Shown: piece after piece, positions 1-40,723 of the stretch | How the letters are laid out: every line of letters begins with the position of its first letter | Position numbering within the stretch: the stretch's first letter is position 1 | DNA from: Tubiluchus corallicola | Taxonomy: Eukaryota > Animalia > Priapulida | Length of the DNA stretch: 64,000 nucleotides | NCBI GenBank assembly: GCA_030141605.1 | Contig: JAQGDQ010000487.1 | Coordinates: 104,075-168,074, forward strand | Reading direction: 5' to 3' | The notes under the pieces: model-generated | What the model saw: only the letters and a program-made list of their open reading frames with translations | Told to the model about the DNA's origin: nothing | Databases searched by the model: none | Program-made: the position numbers and the translations under genes

Positions 1-222
1 TTTTACCTGTGCAATTTTTTCTTGTGGCATTTTTACATGTGGCATTTTTACGTGTGCCATTTTTTCCTGTGCTATTTTTACCTGTGCTGTTTTTACCTGT
101 GCCACTTTTACCTAGGGCAATTTTACCTATGGCATTTTTTCATGTGACATTTTTACATGTGCCATTATTTCTTGTGCCATTTTCATTTGTGGCATTTTTA
201 CCTGCGCCATTTTTATACCGCG
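1..222. repeat. Minisatellite, about 15-bp unit (TTTTTACCTGTGCCA-like)
   Basis: About 14 degenerate tandem copies; runs off the window start. Confidence 0.85.
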
Positions 223-1739
223 CATAGATAACTTGCGTTCATTCGCCACGCCTTCAACCTACAGCTAAATTACATTGATAATTGAATGATACTGTGCTAC
301 CTTCTGCGCCTTGCTCTATTAGCATTAGATCATACTAATTTTAGTTACAGTTAACAAGCGTGAAATTTTCGAATGCTAATTCTAAAAAAAGATAAAGATG
401 ATGCTATTTTGTATTGCAGTAATAGTATGTAACAATGTAAAATGTAACAAGACCATCTATCAAGAACCAGGCACATTTCAAAATTTAATCATTTGCGTTT
501 TTAATTTGTATTAATTTTTTCTGTTCGTTAGCTACAGCGTACAATAATAATCACAATGCAACTTTCATAATGTGTGCAGTTGAATTTCAACTTCAAATTC
601 AACCAAATTTTAAACTGCTGATAATAATACCTTATAATAATATAAGCCTACAATAGCTTGAAAACATATTCATATATTTATTAGAAGTTAATAGAAGCTT
701 GAACATATCTATTAGTCAACATTCTAAAACTAAGATTGCTGACTTTTAACTTCCGTTATACAAAATAGTAATCTTTCCAGCTTGGGCACCGTGTTTGTCA
801 ACTTGTTTAAAAGCTAAGCCTTCTGGAATGTTAGGCTTAGTTTAATGATCGCAAAATATATTAAAAATATTTAGTAATAAAAGTGTGATATGTAAGAGCC
901 TCGTATAATTAGTAAAACAGCGCACTGCCAATTTCAATCAAAAGCATAATAACAAGTTTTAACAAAGAGTCGGTAGCTAATTTTTGTGTTATTTTCATGA
1001 ATATTAGCTAAGCTACAGCAGTTTGTATTGGTTTAAGCAGCGCGCGCTGACGGAAAGCCACGATGCGTTTACGAAAAGTCACGAAGTCCACGACTTACGC
1101 ATAATATTGAAGTCAATGGCGGCTATCACTGCACCTAAAAATCACTATACAGGAGGAAGTATAATATAACTTACTGACTTATAGGCTTTTTGCTAATTTC
1201 GTTGTCACATAAATTTTTCTAAGCTTAAGTGACAGCAGTAAAATAAACTCTTTCTTTGACGTTTTCAGAAATGTGAGAAATATAGTTTTAGCTTCCTTAC
1301 TCAAAAACTATCACATTTGCCGACTTTATTCCTTCTCTTTTGAGGTATTAATAATTCTTTTATAAAATAGGTAACATTAATAACAATAACAATAAAATAC
1401 TGTCAATCTGTATTCAGAATTGCACCTCATAATATATATATATATATATGTCAAGTACAGAAAATGATACAGAAAAAAATCTATGCACGAATAATTGCAA
1501 TCACCATAAACTGCAAACGTAATTATTGTGTTAAGTATGTACTGTATTAAAACTGAGCATTTCTAAACTCAAAAATTCTAATACTGGGTCTTTATAATAA
1601 AAACAGTATGGTAACTGCAAGACAAATCATAACTTTGCAAGTATTTTCAACTCGCTCATATTTTAATAAGTTAAACTGCTGTTGGATTAGTACCATTTAT
1701 AATGCAAGGCATCAGGAAACAATAGCCTCGTGTACTTAA

Positions 1740-2323
1740 AGGACGAGGAAACGGCAGTGTAAAGTAAGTCTCAGAAAACTTGTATTAAAAACTCACAGAT
1801 GGTATGCTATTAGTATTTCTTCGCCGGCAGCTGATGAGTCAGTAGTCTTTAATAATAATTTGTAACTCCAACCCACCAACCAAATGACTAGACAATCAGA
1901 AGATGGATGAAAGTTACTCGTGAAATTTCAGGAAGTCTGTACAACAATCACACGCAATCTGTGTGTGTGCGTGCGACGTCCCGCAATGTACACCCCGCGC
2001 CCGTGTGTGTCACGTCACGCAATGTACACCCTGTGTGTGTGTGACGTCACGCAATGTACACCACGCGTCCACGCCATCAACAAGTTCACACTCATAAAGA
2101 GTCTTTAAACTCAGATTCGCTGGCAACGTGTGCAAGAGTTGAAATATTTACGTCGTGTGTGTGACGTCACGTAATGGCGCAGTCGGAACAGGAGATTTAA
2201 AGTGAAAGAAAACGGGAATTTCTTTTAATGTGAGTACGACATATGCTTAAGATTATTACAAGGTAATATAATTTGTAAGTCGATTTTTCTGAAACCTACC
2301 TTACAGACTACTTCTCTTGTCCT
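1740..2323. mobile_element. Kolobok-like MITE (TTAA target, AGG...CCT termini)
   Basis: TTAA|AGGACGAGGAA...TCAGAAAA is an imperfect inverted repeat of TTTTCTGAAACC...CTTGTCCT; internal GTGACGTCACGCAATGTACACC repeats. Confidence 0.65.
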
Positions 2324-2807
2324 TTACAAGTTATCAGAAACACATATAAACCTACTTTTTAACATTTTAATAGTTTCAATATTATTAGTTAATGGTGTTT
2401 TTTAAATTCATTCGAATTCTTATTCTTGTCAGAAATCAAGAATCAACGACGTTTTTCAAGAAATGAGCACTGTTCACTTTAAGAAACCAACCCGAATCAA
2501 ATCGGAATCGAACCCTTGACCACTTACGGCCTCAGAAATGTGAATAGCGACAGTAGAACTTAAATAAGTGTTCGTCACACAACATTATATGGTCTTTTTC
2601 GTGGGTTTGTCAGTTTTCATCCTTTCGGTTTCTTCAGCAATGGGGGTGGGGGTTGTTTGGCTATCATTTCCTAACACCCCTTATATGCACACCAATACAT
2701 GTATGAAACCCTGAGAAACATAATAACATCTTAGTGGATTCTGTTAATCAAAACACATAAACTGCTTCGTCACTGTGACAAATATTTGCACATCAAAGTG
2801 ACTTCTG

Positions 2808-3245
2808 AAGCCGTTTTACTATATCCTATTCAATGAGGATGTGAACAGTTGCAATGATGGCGAAGGTCACATTACATTATACAACATTTGCCGTTGCCAT
2901 TGCTCATCAATATTTTGCTCAAGACTAATGCCAGTTGCATCGTAGTAGCAACACATCTTAACTATACCTGTCATGTGGGTAAAGCAAAGCCGAGTGCTGC
3001 ATCAGTTCACTAAGTTGTTGTTTTACGTGAACTTTACTTAATTATGTATTAGTCTGCGCATATAGTGATTTACTAACAGGATCTTGCTTGGGAACAAGAA
3101 AAAATGAACTAGGTAAGGTTCTAGCCTATTACAGTAAGTTCCGCTGCGAGGCGTTGTCACGTGTATGTAAATGCGTTTTCTGGTATACTTAACCTTTGAC
3201 CTTTTCACGATAATCGTCAATCTCTGGAACTGTGAAAAGGTGTAT
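2808..3245. mobile_element. Dispersed MITE family copy (related sequence at about 14692-15070, 29050-29130, 55450-55760, 56550-57275)
   Basis: Shared blocks such as CAGGATCTTGCTT.GGAACAAGAAAAAATGAACTAGGTAAGGTTCTAGC and GGTCAAAGGTTAAG. Confidence 0.65.
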
Positions 3246-4011
3246 AATCTGTTTTTCTTACAACAAATGCCAGACGATGCCAAGCATGTGATAACTTGTC
3301 AAGAGTGATTCAAATGACATGAAAAACAGAAACGGCAACAAAACCTCTCGCAGAAGTCCAGCAATTCGCATAGTTAAGTTACTGATGTTATTAGTACATA
3401 TAATGTTAAATATCATAGTTTAAATTTGTACAAACATGTAACCTTAACAAATTAACACACTTCCTTCATAACAACAAATACTGCATGTTCATTATCAGTG
3501 TAACAACAGTGATATGATTCATGTTCAAACACGTAAGTGTGAACATCATAAATCTTTCTTATAAATATAAAATAAACCCTTGTAATATTCAATAGACAAT
3601 GATCTATCTTATGTAACAATGAGTTTCTATTATCGCATAAATTTGGTGTTACTCAAATCTAAAAACAGCTTCGATTAGCTTGCTGTTACAACTTGGTGTA
3701 ATTTTAAAATACTGGGCTAAATCAGAGGACGGACATAATTTACAAGAATGCCACCGGTGTTAATCTTAGTGAATACTATAATCTGCAACAAAATAATCAC
3801 ATCTAAGTAGCATAACTGCTTATAAATAAACTAACTAAATCTTCATGGAGATGCTGCCACAATTGTTTGGCAAACGGTAACAAGCATTGATTTGATACAC
3901 AAGTTTTACATAGTTTAACATTCTGAAAAAATAAGGCAAATTAACAGCAACAATGCCATGCCACCAAGGCCACCAAAAATTGAAATTACTTCAATACGAG
4001 GAGTAAAAGAT

Positions 4012-4622
4012 GCGAAAGAGTTGATTGTGGATTCTGTGCACGAGAGTTGATTGTGGATTCTGAGCAGGAAAGAGTTAATTGTGGATTCTGTGCAGGAAAG
4101 AGTTGATTGTGGATTCTGTGCACTAGAGTTGATTGTGGATTCTGTGCACGAGAGTTGATTGTGGATTCTGTGCAGGAAACAGTTGATTGTGGATTCTGAG
4201 CAGGAAAGAGTTGATTGTGGATTCTGTGCAGGAAATAGTTGATTGTGGATTCTGAGCAGGAAAGAGTTGATTGTGGATTCTGTGCACGAAAGAATTGATT
4301 GTGGATTCTGTGCACGAGAATTGATTTTGGATTCTGAGCAGGAAAGAGTTGATTGTGGATTCTGTGCAGGAAAGAGTTCATTGTGGATTCTGTGCAGGAA
4401 AGAGTTCATTGTGGATTCTGAGCAGGAAAGAGTTGATTGTGGATTCTGTGCAGGAAAGAGTTGATTGTGGATTCTGTGCAGGAAAGAGTTCATTGTGGAT
4501 TCTGAGCAGGAAAGAGTTGATTGTGGATTCTGTGCACGAGAGTTGATTGTGGATTCTGAGCAGAAAAGAGTTGATTGTGGATTCTGAGCAGGAAAGAGCT
4601 GATTGTGGATTCTGTGCAGGAG
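4012..4622. repeat. Minisatellite, 26-28-bp unit GAGTTGATTGTGGATTCTG(T/A)GCAGGAAA
   Basis: About 22 tandem copies. Confidence 0.95.
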
Positions 4623-4826
4623 TTGGAAATGCTTTCAAAACTAAGTTCATTTAAAACAAATCGAATTCAAAAATGTAGTGTATTGTATCATTTCGATGGG
4701 AAAATGTATCTATTATACTGATACCAAATCGCACAACTAGTACCGATTAACTACACTACGACGACCGTAGAACTTTGGAATGTTCAAACTAGATATCAAA
4801 CTGGATTATGGTTTTACAAAGCAGTG

Positions 4827-31575
<26,749 letters not shown>

Positions 31576-32675
31576 TTTACCACTAAACCTAGTGACAAAT
31601 ACTTCTAAACTGGGAGCTAACTGTACTACTTGATGGCTTCTATCATGGCTGAGCTGAGAAAATCAAGTTGAGAGTGAAAATCAATAGAAGCCCAGTGCAG
31701 AATCCAGGGGAAGTGCTGAAGCTTTCTAATGAAGCCTGAGTGGATTTCAGCTGATGCATTTTACCTGTTGTTTGTCATTGATGTTTAGATTTTATGGCTT
31801 CTCTGATTGTTGTTTCTGGGTATAATAACACTTAACTTACAGAAAAGGTATTTAGGAAAGCAGTGCATTAGGGCACATATAAAAAACCAGTTCCAGTTCA
31901 AATTCAATTCGAATGAGTTTTTTAAGTTAGAATTCGATTTGAATAATACAGCACTTCAACTACGTACGTTCTTTATCATTAAAATGTTTCAAACATCATG
32001 CAATCAGCCCAATTAGCTGTGATTTCTCCACACGATTTTTAAACAAATTATTGGTGTTCTTACTGCAAAATAAAATCAATTAGGACAGACTGCTTTTACT
32101 GACAATTCGAAAATCTTTACAATTACAAAAATTAAAATTGAATTGGAATCGAGTTCGAAAGTGACAAATTCGATTTGAATCGAGTTCGAAAGTGACAAAT
32201 TCGATTTGATTTGTTTGGTTTCTAGTAGAGAATGCTCGCCGCTACTAGTGTGCTTGTGATTCAAACTTTTTTGTTGATCAAGTTTCAATGAACTGGATTT
32301 GCTAAATGTGCAACAAAAATAATAAAATCACCATGACCCTTGATACTACACGACTCTGCACGGTACTTGGAAAACAAATTTCAGTCTAACACAATCTAAT
32401 TTGTTGAATTAGATCGAATCTAACTGCACCCAACTTGATCTCTACTAAACAAAAAATCAACTCTAAACCACTCCGAAGGTTCAACGAAGTCAAATTACGG
32501 AAGTACTACTCTGATCAAACTTTTAGATGGAAATTATCAGACTCTAAAACCTCCTTAACTTTCAGATAAAAGGAAAACTTTTGTATTTGCAGCAACGTCA
32601 AAAAAAGTTGTAAACTATTTTGTTGCAAGTTTGAATTACAACAGATGATCGAAACTTCGTATTTCTGTGTTTAAG

Positions 32676-33165
32676 CTTACTTACTTACTTGCTGCCCCCA
32701 CCAGGTGGAGGCAGGCTAGCACAGGTAGCATCCCGAACCATCGCGCACCACTGCTTCTGGTCCTTGCAGTATGACTGCAGCTCTATGAGATCATCGGAAA
32801 CTTGCCGGTAGCGGTCGAACCCAAGAGGAGACACAATATCGCATTTCATTTGATGCCAGAAATGCTTCTGTTGACCTCCTCTGCGGCGCTTCCATGTGCC
32901 ACGGCTGCCGGCGCCGGCTCAAACATGGAGATGAACGGTAGGTGGGAGCGGGCCATTCGACCGACGTGCTCCAGATATTCCAGACGGCGACGTTTGATGT
33001 GGTCTGCCAATGTGCCAGCGAGACCGGAATGTCTGTAGAGCTCTGCGTTCGTGATCTGATCCCAATAGCTAATGCCGAGAACGTGCCTTAGCAATTTGGT
33101 TTCGAAGGTGTTAAGACGTCTTTCGTCCTCCGTTAGGATAGTCCAGGTTTCGCCGCCATAATTTA
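32676..33165 (-). mobile_element. RTE-type LINE 3' fragment
   Basis: YGGETWTIL...LNTFETKLLRHVLGISYWDQITNAELY...IKRRRLEYLEHVGRM; (AAGT)n tail at about 32676-32690. Confidence 0.8.
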
Positions 33166-34052
33166 ACCTTACTGGGCTGTTCTTTAAGAACTCAGCTTAC
33201 TTCAAACTCGTTAAGTATAACATAAAACCACATACAGCTCTCGGTACTTTACAAGATTTGGACTGTGAAAAGCCAAAAATACGAATTACATACAACAGCC
33301 AAAACCAGCAGTTTATAAGCTACAAAAAGAAGTGCTCAGAAACTTGAGCCAGTTGGGAGTTGAACTTTATACTTTGAAAAATCTTCAAAATTTGCTGACA
33401 GCATTTCCAATTCTTCCAACTCACTAGCTGCAAGGTTGTTCTTTTATCGAATATAAATCAATTTAGCTTCTATATTCTGGCTTATCACACCCAGATTTGC
33501 AAATAATTTCATTAATTAATAATTGAGGAATAAATGCCAGCTAAATTTGACATTTTCACAACAAAGTAAGCAAGTACAACTTTATGACATTCAAAAAGAA
33601 ATTTCGTGCTTAAACTTCCCTTTGATGTAATAAAATTCTACTTACTTAATACATTCACATTTGTAGAAAATTACTGGAATTTATTCCCTAAATTATAACG
33701 AAGTCAACTTAGCTGTATTACTATGTATAATTAATTATGTGACTGATTTGCAGTCCGTTGACTCATGAGGTTTATTCGGAGGTTTATTATGGGGAAAATT
33801 GAAGCACTGTGCTACTGTAAGACTGGGTAAGTTCTAAGATAAAAATTTCCAAATTTACCGCTGTACTCACACACGAGCTCTTGAACATGTGCAGTTCGTC
33901 ACAAATGAACACATCTGGACTGAGAGTAACAGCACCTGTCTTTTGTGCAACGTGTTTCTGAAATGCAAGCGCTAGTGCCCATCTAACTAATGAATGGCAA
34001 AATGCATGTATCTTCTTACTATGTACCTATCTATGTACCTACAGATGTGGTA

Positions 34053-34702
34053 CAGTAAGTCTTTGCTTAACAGCGTTCCAGCAAAACCTCCATAGAAAGT
34101 AATGTAAAAGAAGCAAGATATGTTAAGAGACAAAAATCAATACTGCTTAAATCATAGTTTAACATTCTATGAGTTTTATTCATATTTCTGCTGATTAATG
34201 TTTTTCTGCTTGCCAAAAACCGCCTACATATTTTACTTACGCATACCTATATTGGTTTCGCTAACATTTAAAGCCAAAGCAGTCATTAAACAACAACACT
34301 GCAGAATTAAAGCTAAGTCCTGGGGAAACCTCGGGAATTTTATCTAGATACTTAGTCTGGTTGCAGGCAAAACTCCTTTGCATAAAGTTCACTCCCACAG
34401 GTGGCTTGATACAAACAGCTAACATTTAGTGGTCAATCAGGAAGCAAAAATATATACTTGTATAATAATTGCAGTGTTTATGTTGCTGGTGCATTTTTAG
34501 AACAGTAACACAATACGTACTGTTTTAAGGCATCAAATTTGGTAAAAGTGTTATTGACAAAATACAAATTTGCCTTGAACAAAGTAAAAAGATCATCGTT
34601 AAAGTGAAACATGCATCGTTAAGTGAAAAAATGGTGTCAACTAATCAGCAGCATTAAAACAAAACTTTGCTAAACAGGGAATCGCTAAGCGAGGACATAC
34701 TG
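34053..34702. mobile_element. Tc1/pogo (Tigger)-like MITE
   Basis: TA|CAGTAAGTCTTTGCTTAAC ... GCTAAGCGAGGACATACTG|TA; sister copy 46865-47579. Confidence 0.75.
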
Positions 34703-35027
34703 TATCTAATCATCCTGTGGCTCGGCAATTGAATAAAAACAGCATGCCACTTAGCTGTGAGTTTTAAGTAACATTATCCATATTACATCCATCAAGTCTT
34801 GCACAAGAATTTACATTGAGCTACAAACCTTTGATTAAATTCCTTGGGTTCTGCAAATGTAACAGCAGTTTTTCTTTTTGCCAGGAAGTTCAAGTTTTTA
34901 TAAAGAATCATGTATATTGACAAAAAACGATTCATTGGCATTCATCAGCAGGTAATAAATCAGTAAGACAAATATTCAGGTACATAACCGTTTGCTAGCT
35001 GGGCATAATAGAAGCGACGAGTTATCA

Positions 35028-35180
35028 CTTTGCCAGACAAAAGTGGAGAGATGTCGGCCCGAATTTGACGATTGTCCGTATTTACCGATACTAAGCTAAT
35101 ACATACAGTAGGCACCGTGTATTAGACTCACAGTAATGTAGAATTAATCACCTAATTGTCTCACAAACATTTAGTACGAG
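35028..35180. mobile_element. Dispersed repeat end, inverted copy at about 43085-43242
   Basis: CACTTTGCCAGACAAAAG.GG.GAGA..TCGG.CCGAATTTG matches the reverse complement at 43200-43242. Confidence 0.55.
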
Positions 35181-36941
35181 CCGCTCCTGTGCAAAAGTAC
35201 ATAAAAATTGTCGACAATTGACTCAAGTAACTCTGCATAATTGATTCTAGATTTTTATACATAGATAAACACGTGGTTACACGGAGTGACATGACGTAAA
35301 CAAAGTGACGGCCCGCCAACTAGCGATCAGCTCTCGAAATAGAGGACTGTGTCCGTATTATGCGGGACTTTTAGCGGACCAGATTTTGTCTGATATACGT
35401 AAAAGCAAGGCCCAGTAAACCGAGTATATTGCTGAAACAATTTCGAGTGTGTCATACCTTCAAAATTTATTGACGAAGAATTGAGTCTGTTGCACAGCCT
35501 GCAGTCTTGACGGGACCAGAGTAGCAGAACTCATGTTCCTCCAACACAGCATTGCTTTCACAATCTTGTCTTGTAAATACTAATCAATACCATACTAATA
35601 GTTCTTAGATCATCTTATCACCTACTTTAATATCCTTCAGGGCAGCTCTAGTATGTCTGGTGTGTTGAGATCCAATGAATTCCCGCGCCATTTAGTTCAA
35701 TCAGAAAATTAATCCAGCAGTTTTCGGGATGCTGCTCCGAGCATATCCTCCAGGATTGCAAACTGTGTGACACACTATCTAGAGGTTTTCATGCTAAATA
35801 CTGAGGGCTTGTCTAATTTTACTTAATGGACTCCAGGACAATAATACTTCAGTAAACTGTAGGATATTTACTGTTGTGCATAATTATATTAAAGAAACTA
35901 AATATTTTAACTTAAAGGAAGACAGGATGATTTTTCATATAATACCTCATTTTCAAGTCCGATAAAAAGTATACATTTTAACACAATTAATATTGCAAAA
36001 GCGAAACTCATAATTAAATCATAGATTAAAAACTTAATTAACGGCGAGCTAGCCCAACTATTGATGACATCACAAACTAACATAATTTTCAACAGCAATA
36101 ATATTCTACGAGCGTGTTGCACATGTTTGAGAAAGCGAAAATTGAAGTACAGTGCTACTGTAAGATATTCAATGTGTTGTACTAAAACTAGGCAAGTTTT
36201 AAGACAAAAATTCAAAATTCAAATTTACCACTGTTCTCACGCATGAGCTGCCGAACGTGTGGAGCTCGTCACAAACTAACACATCTGAACTGAGAGGTAC
36301 AGCACCTGCTTTTGTGCAATGCATTTACGAAATGTAGGTGCTAGTGCCCGTTTAATAATCAAACGGCGAATGCATATAATAGCGAAGAACTAGTGGCGCG
36401 AATGCGAAATTGTGTTTGTGTGGTAATAATTCTTTCACATAGTCATTTTTGAAAAAATAGTATCTTCCCTTTCAATATTTTAAAGAGCAGATTGTTTTGA
36501 CCTACAGTTTAAGATTGGGTCCAGTTTTGCTTTAAGCAAAATTCAATATTTTCATGTGATAAACAAAGTGATGGGCCGCCAACTAGCAGTCAGTTTGCGA
36601 AAAGATGGACTGTGTCAGTAGTGTGTGAGACTTTTAACGGTCCAGCTTTTGTCCAATTTTTTTGATATCTGTAAAAGTGAGGTACGAAAACTGAGATATG
36701 AGTGTAATTGTTCTGTGCTAGCATATGTTTTTGTAACCTCCTAGCAAAAAGTTATGTACCACCCTGTATTTTGTAAAACAGTCTCATTTCCTTCCATATT
36801 GCTCCAGCATTATTGCCAAATCACTCCACACCACTTAATTATATATATATATATAGTAATATATGGTAATTGTGTATAGGACATAATAAAAAAGTAAGCC
36901 CTAATATAGGCTAAATTAAAAGATAAAGTTGAATAACTTAC

Positions 36942-37131
36942 AAAATCGCCGTCTCCGTATACGTGGCAATGTTTCAGATTCTGTCTCGGGTGCATTCTGA
37001 CCACCTAAAACAGGACTAGGCCAACTCTGTCCATTATCATCGCCTGCTCCTGATTCTGCACCCTGCACAGATGGCAATTTAGAAATTTCTTCGTCAGACT
37101 GCATGCTCCAACTTCGAAGAAACGCCGCCAT
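36942..37131 (-). CDS. RUFY2: RUFY alternative first coding exon (MAAFLRSW...RRRRF)
   Basis: AAAGATGGCG start with an in-frame stop just upstream; open for 63 codons +1 nt; strong GTAAGT donor at 36941; phase 1 matches the acceptor at 30029. Confidence 0.65.
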
Positions 37132-39529
37132 CTTTATTTACTGTCGTCATTTCCAGTCCGATTTAACCGATAATCATTCTTTGTCATCAACATTCAACAC
37201 ACCATAATTTGCTTCGAGCAGCTCACCTCTCAGACCAGTTCACTGCCATCGATCTTGTGCTCGTTTCTGAGTCAAACTAAGTTGTCAAAGACCATGACTG
37301 ACGACATGAAAGCATCTCCTGCACAAGGCTTCTCGCTCGTGACACAACTTGCCGTCAGCAGAGTTAAACTTGAAGAATCGTTACCTGTAATTATGATTCT
37401 TATTAATACTCAGGCAGTCGTAGCAGACCCTGCCAGACAGTGCCGAATTTACACTTGCTGAGACCCTATGCTATATGAAGTTCTGTGGCCTTTCTTAGCA
37501 AGAGATATAGGAACCTCGAACATCACAATTATAATTCACTCTGACTTTTATTGGGTCACCTTGATTTTTTCCAGTAAAAACGACAAAACTGTTAAACATT
37601 TTAATACTCATCGAAGTTACCATGTAATTGTTACTTGAAGCAACATTTTTCCTCACGCCTGCATGCACTACAATTTGTCCCTACATACTGCGTGATTTGT
37701 GTCACACACAAAAAGTCGACAGTAGTTAAACGTGCAGGTGTAATGTTGTGCATAATATTTATACTATATATTAAACTATTATACTAGCGATCTCGTTCTA
37801 TAAATATCTTAGGCTTGTTGCATTAAAGATAAAACATAATTGATTTTTGCAGCAGCCCAGTTAACCTAACAGGCCTCATCAATTGGCAGAATTAAAATTT
37901 TCTTGATGATAAGTTTGTCTTGCTGACTCACTGAGTTGTGGTTGGCTTCAAATTATACCATTATAGTTGCCATAGTAACTGGTCTTACCACCTAGTCATC
38001 AGCCAGTACAGGTCATGTGTTAATATCTTAAAAACTTCAACACCTAATTACTTTTGACACTAAAAAACTTGTGTGCTAAACAGAATAAAAGGGCTCTTTT
38101 CTTAGTATAGTTCTGAGAAATTTTTATGGAGCAGTATAGAAGATAAGGCGAATTATCTTGCTAAGCATCACCGTTTTAAATCAGTTAATTCCACGTGTTC
38201 TTGGTGGGTACAACAAATTACTAATTAATGCTATAAGTGAGTGTGAAATTGTTTAAAGATAGCAGCTGTGTTAGCAATGAGAATGTATGTAAGTGGTGAA
38301 AATTCTAATAAAACTGACATTTTGGAAGTCCAACTTTTCAAATCTTCATGGAGCCATGATGCCATGGTGTCCTTTGCTGCAACCCTTCCCCCTCCTAACA
38401 ATCTCGATACTAGATATTTCTACAAAGATCTCTGAGCTTGGTCCATCACCAGGGTGCCAACGTTTAGTCGCTAGAGTGTTTGTAAGATTTTCCACCTCTC
38501 CTGACATGATGACAATTTGGTGAGAATTTGTGCAACGGTCTTTATGCTATACATGACATGCTGGATGAGTTACTGTGCTAAACGATGGCATCAGCACTAC
38601 ACTACCTCAGGTAATGTGATAGGATTACCTTGGGTAAAAATGACTATAAAACCCAATCAGGAATCTTCTTGAGGCCACATACAGATTGTGAAGCCATAAG
38701 CTGTAGTTTGTTTAGCTTGCACCTAAATGAAGCACTGTTTGATCGGAGGCTGCTACATATGGCAAAACACTTCTTCATTATTTACGGAATCGTACCGCAT
38801 CTCCTAATTTCAGGAATGGGTTTGCGTACAAATGTCAGCGATTGCTAAAGATTGCATCTGTGGTATAAAGTTAATTGCCTTGTCTGCGTCATAAACAACT
38901 GGGAGAACTCAGGCTTGTCTTGTGCATTAAAATCTTGGTATAATGGGTCACATTAATGTGGTGTTGCACAAAGCATGGCCAAGACAGCAACAACTGAAGC
39001 CAAGTAGTACCCCTCAAAAGCTCAGCTCTGGTTTAACTTCAGTTCAAATTAGTCATCTTAGAGCCCCGTTAAATGAACTACTTTTCGACTTAAACATTGG
39101 ATGGCAGGCATTACAACGAATCCATAGTCTTCATCTGCTCTGGAAAACAAGCAAAGTGCTACGCAGACACACTGCTCTCTTATAGTGGTAGCAAATGTCG
39201 TTCTGTCATCCAAATATTCGAGATCACAATAACATACTCACTGTTCAGATCCCACTAATTTCACAGGCCTGTGACATTAAGTGGACAATAATTTTGTTGA
39301 ATGTATCTGGGACATCCCTGACATACCTCCATTGTGACTCAGACTTAAAATCAGTGCCGTGACACAGCCCTCTTGGGTGTCTCTTGCTGGCTTTCTGCAG
39401 CAAGCTATCATCAGTCAACTGAGTCAAGTGCTGTTTTAATGCCAACAAAGACAGAGTAAGCAGCAAAAAAGCCTATCACTTAACTACTTGTGGTGTGTAA
39501 AATGTGCAAAGGAGAGTCAAGAAAGTGCA

Positions 39530-39730
39530 CTTTAATAAAAACCTGGCTTACTGCAAGAGACTGCAGAAACTGCAACTACAAACACTGGCAATATGCATAG
39601 TTAGATGTAACTTGCTGCAAACATACACGTCTTACATGGACATCATTATAGACAATAACACATTTCAAGTGAAGACAAGAGAAAGAAGAGGACACAAGAC
39701 AATTGTGTTAAATGCCATTCATGACTGGCG
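39530..39730 (+). mobile_element. Degenerate CR1-like LINE 3' fragment
   Basis: YCKRLQKLQLQTLA...RCNLLQTY resembles the CR1 ORF2 C-terminal YxxRLxxLxLxxLxxRR motif. Confidence 0.4.
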
Positions 39731-40414
39731 ACACGAAAGAACTTCTACTATCATTGTAATAGACTGCCACTAGTTGCAATGGAAGCTGTAAATACAAATC
39801 AGTTTCAAAAACAAAATAGGGCCATAATCACAGTGCTGCAAATTTGGAAAACCTATGTAATGGTTTGCAGTGCTGCCTCATTCAGGTGTATAATATAGAA
39901 TTTGTATTGGGCTTATACACTAAGAATATTGAAGGAACTGTGATGATGGCGGTAAGGTATATTCTTCCAAGAAAATTACAGTGCACATCCTGTCTAATGT
40001 TATCCATACAATATCAATAAATCACAGCAAACAAATGCAAGAATGAGTGTTAGCCAGTTGCTAAAAAGTGCTAACTAGGAAAAATGTTCTTCTGGTCAAT
40101 TGAAAACCAGACAAAATCCAAAACATTTAGTGAATAGTGAGTTAAAGATGATACTCAAATTGTCTAATTGTATCGGGCATAGTTACAACACCAGTTGTTC
40201 ATATATTTTATGCTCAATATGCACAAGAAGTATGCCATCAAAACCAGAGTAAACGATATGTCTAAACAAAATTTAAACGTAATTTAATATCAATACTAAC
40301 GTCCTCAGCTATGCACTATTACCTTGACGGCATCCTACGTGAAGTCAGTGACTTTCATAGTTTCATTTAGGCATATATGTCAGTCGGCTCATATCAAATC
40401 AAATCAAAACTCAC

Positions 40415-40723
40415 GTAATTGGAGTCGGGGGCGATGGCCATTTTTGTGTCGACGTCGCCGCCGCTATGTCCAAAGCTTTCGTGTCTTGAAATTACTTAAA
40501 TGCTCGTTATTAATTTATTTAAGAAAGAAATTTTAAGTGCATTTTTGTTATTAAGCTTTTTGAGGTAAAAAAAAACGATTGTTAAGTATTTTGAGAAAAC
40601 CAGTTAAGTAATCAGACAGGGAAGAAAACTAAGATGGCCACTAGGGAAAAACTGTCCTGACGACACTAAAGTTGGACTTGGGTTTAAAGTTTTTCATCAT
40701 CATCCCCAAATTTGGTGCCTCTG
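40415..40723. promoter_or_regulatory. Putative bidirectional promoter with outward-facing non-coding first exons for RUFY (-) and the ICAP1-like gene (+)
   Basis: CpG-rich patch; minus-strand GTGAGT donor at 40414 and plus-strand GTATGC donor at 40724; outward-facing YY1-like AA(A/G)ATGGCC motifs at about 40436-40444 (-) and 40631-40639 (+). Confidence 0.5.

Noticed and set aside
1035-1180. CpG-rich patch with ATGGCGGC and a minus-strand GTAAGT, suggesting a first exon of a neighbouring gene
   Set aside because: No linked coding exons found in the window; cannot be supported
3915-4650. Several overlapping ORFs of 65-192 aa with repeated peptides
   Set aside because: Translations of a 26-28-bp minisatellite, open in several frames on both strands
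35458-35595. Possible third RUFY first exon with GAAG|GTATGA donor
   Set aside because: No ATG-initiated open frame in the required phase 1; at most non-coding
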